Assembly (NCBI GenBank): GCA_046758505.1
Contig: JBHIAH010000056.1
Span: 1-16,841 of the forward strand
DNA: 16,841 bases
Source: Candidatus Methylomirabilales bacterium
GTDB taxonomy: Bacteria > Methylomirabilota > Methylomirabilia > Methylomirabilales > CSP1-5
Direction of reading: 5' to 3'
The translations under genes were made by a program, and so were the position numbers. Below, in pieces: positions 15,571 to 16,841 of the stretch. Numbering within the stretch: position 1 is the stretch's first letter; every line of letters starts with the position of its first letter. The notes beneath the pieces are model-generated. The model was not told the origin of the DNA. It worked only from the letters and a program-made list of their open reading frames with translations, and did not search any database.

Positions 15571-16841
15571 ATGGCACAGATTCGCGCCGACGAGATCAGT
15601 CAGCTTATCAAGGAGCAGCTCAAGGGGTACGCGGCCGCCGTGGAGGTCGCCGAGGTCGGCACCGTCACCGAGGTCGGGGACGGGATCGCCCGGATCTACG
15701 GATTGGAAAAAGTGATGTCTGCTGAGCTGCTGGAGCTTCCCCACGACGTGATCGGGATGGTCCTCAATCTGGAAGAGGATAACGTTGGGGCGATTCTGCT
15801 GGGAGAGGACTTCCTGATTAAAGAGGGGGACGTGGTCAAGCGGACCGGCCGCATCGCACAGGTGCCGGTGGGCGAATCGATGATCGGCCGCGTCGTCAGC
15901 TCCCTGGGCCAGCCCATTGACGGCAAGGGGCCCATCGAGGCCCAGGAGAATCGGCCCATCGAGCGCTTGGCGCCCGGGGTGGTGGATCGCCAGCCGGTCA
16001 AGGAACCCCTCCAGACCGGGATGAAGGCCATCGATTCCATGATCCCCATCGGGCGGGGACAGCGGGAGCTCATCATTGGCGATCGCCAGACCGGCAAGAC
16101 GGCCCTGGCGGTGGACACGATCCTGAACCAGAAAGGCCAGGACGTCTTTTGTATCTATGTGGCGGTGGGACAGAAACGTTCCACCGTAGCCCAGGTGGTC
16201 AAAATCTTCGAAGACCATGGCGCCATGGCGTATACGACCGTGGTCTCGGCCACTGCCTCGGAACCGGCGCCGCTCCAGTACATCGCAACCTATGCCGGAT
16301 GCGCGATGGGGGAGTACTTCCGTGACCACGGGAAGCATGCCCTGGTGATCTACGATGATCTCTCCAAGCACGCACAGGCGTATCGCCAGCTCTCTCTGCT
16401 GCTCCGCCGGCCGCCCGGGCGCGAGGCGTACCCTGGGGACGTCTTTTACCTGCACTCCCGACTCCTGGAGCGGGCCGCCAAGCTCAACGATAAACTCGGG
16501 GGAGGCTCGCTGACCGCCCTTCCGATCATCGAGACCCAGCTTGGCGATGTCTCTGCCTACATCCCTACCAACGTGATCTCCATCACCGACGGCCAGATCT
16601 ACCTCGAGACCGACCTCTTCTATGCCGGGATTCGACCGGCGGTGAACGTGGGGCTCTCGGTCTCGCGGGTGGGGGGGAGTGCCCAGATCCGGGCCATGCG
16701 GCAGGTGGCAGGGCGCCTCCGCCTGGATCTGGCCCAGTACCGGGAACTGGCTGCCTTTGCCCAGTTCGGGTCCGAGCTGGATAAGGCGACGCAGGCGCAG
16801 CTCAACCGGGGGGAGCGGATGGTGGAGATCTTGAAACAGGA
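15571..16841 (+). CDS. atpA: F0F1 ATP synthase subunit alpha (3' truncated by window end)
   Basis: Read directly from sequence (not in ORF track because there is no stop): [17 protein letters not shown]...[19 protein letters not shown], Walker A GDRQTGKT (16078-16101), [52 protein letters not shown]. Confidence 0.98.
   Translation, partial: MAQIRADEISQLIKEQLKGYAAAVEVAEVGTVTEVGDGIARIYGLEKVMSAELLELPHDVIGMVLNLEEDNVGAILLGEDFLIKEGDVVKRTGRIAQVPVGESMIGRVVSSLGQPIDGKGPIEAQENRPIERLAPGVVDRQPVKEPLQTGMKAIDSMIPIGRGQRELIIGDRQTGKTALAVDTILNQKGQDVFCIYVAVGQKRSTVAQVVKIFEDHGAMAYTTVVSATASEPAPLQYIATYAGCAMGEYFRDHGKHALVIYDDLSKHAQAYRQLSLLLRRPPGREAYPGDVFYLHSRLLERAAKLNDKLGGGSLTALPIIETQLGDVSAYIPTNVISITDGQIYLETDLFYAGIRPAVNVGLSVSRVGGSAQIRAMRQVAGRLRLDLAQYRELAAFAQFGSELDKATQAQLNRGERMVEILKQ

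Noticed and set aside
15001..16455. 484-aa minus-strand ORF
   Set aside because: Antisense shadow of atpH/atpA.

Overview
GC-rich (about two-thirds G+C by eye) bacterial chromosomal window, probably from a diderm lineage; the taxon cannot be fixed from sequence alone. On the left, two minus-strand genes: a secreted hypothetical protein and a COG4091-type NAD(P)-binding oxidoreductase with a C-terminal SAF domain. They are divergent, across a back-to-back pair of sigma70-type promoters (~2691-2761), from an apparent ~10.7 kb plus-strand operon: bactofilin, mnmA, a membrane protein with a long charged tail, a DUF58 protein, a 1453-aa membrane protein with three intact vWA/MIDAS domains that looks like two genes fused, a secreted TPR protein, and a MoxR AAA+ ATPase. 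Next is a ~360-bp non-coding element bounded by imperfect inverted repeats (AGGGGTCAGAC...GTCTGACCCCT; REP/MITE-like). The window ends with an F-type ATP synthase operon in the order atpI-atpF-atpH-atpA (partial), with no atpB or atpE between atpI and atpF. No rRNA, tRNA or CRISPR array is evident. Best leads: the trans-envelope MoxR/DUF58/triple-vWA/TPR module, the atp gene order, and the GG(G/T)(G)WCAG-core palindromic repeats near 28-131 and 13475-13882.
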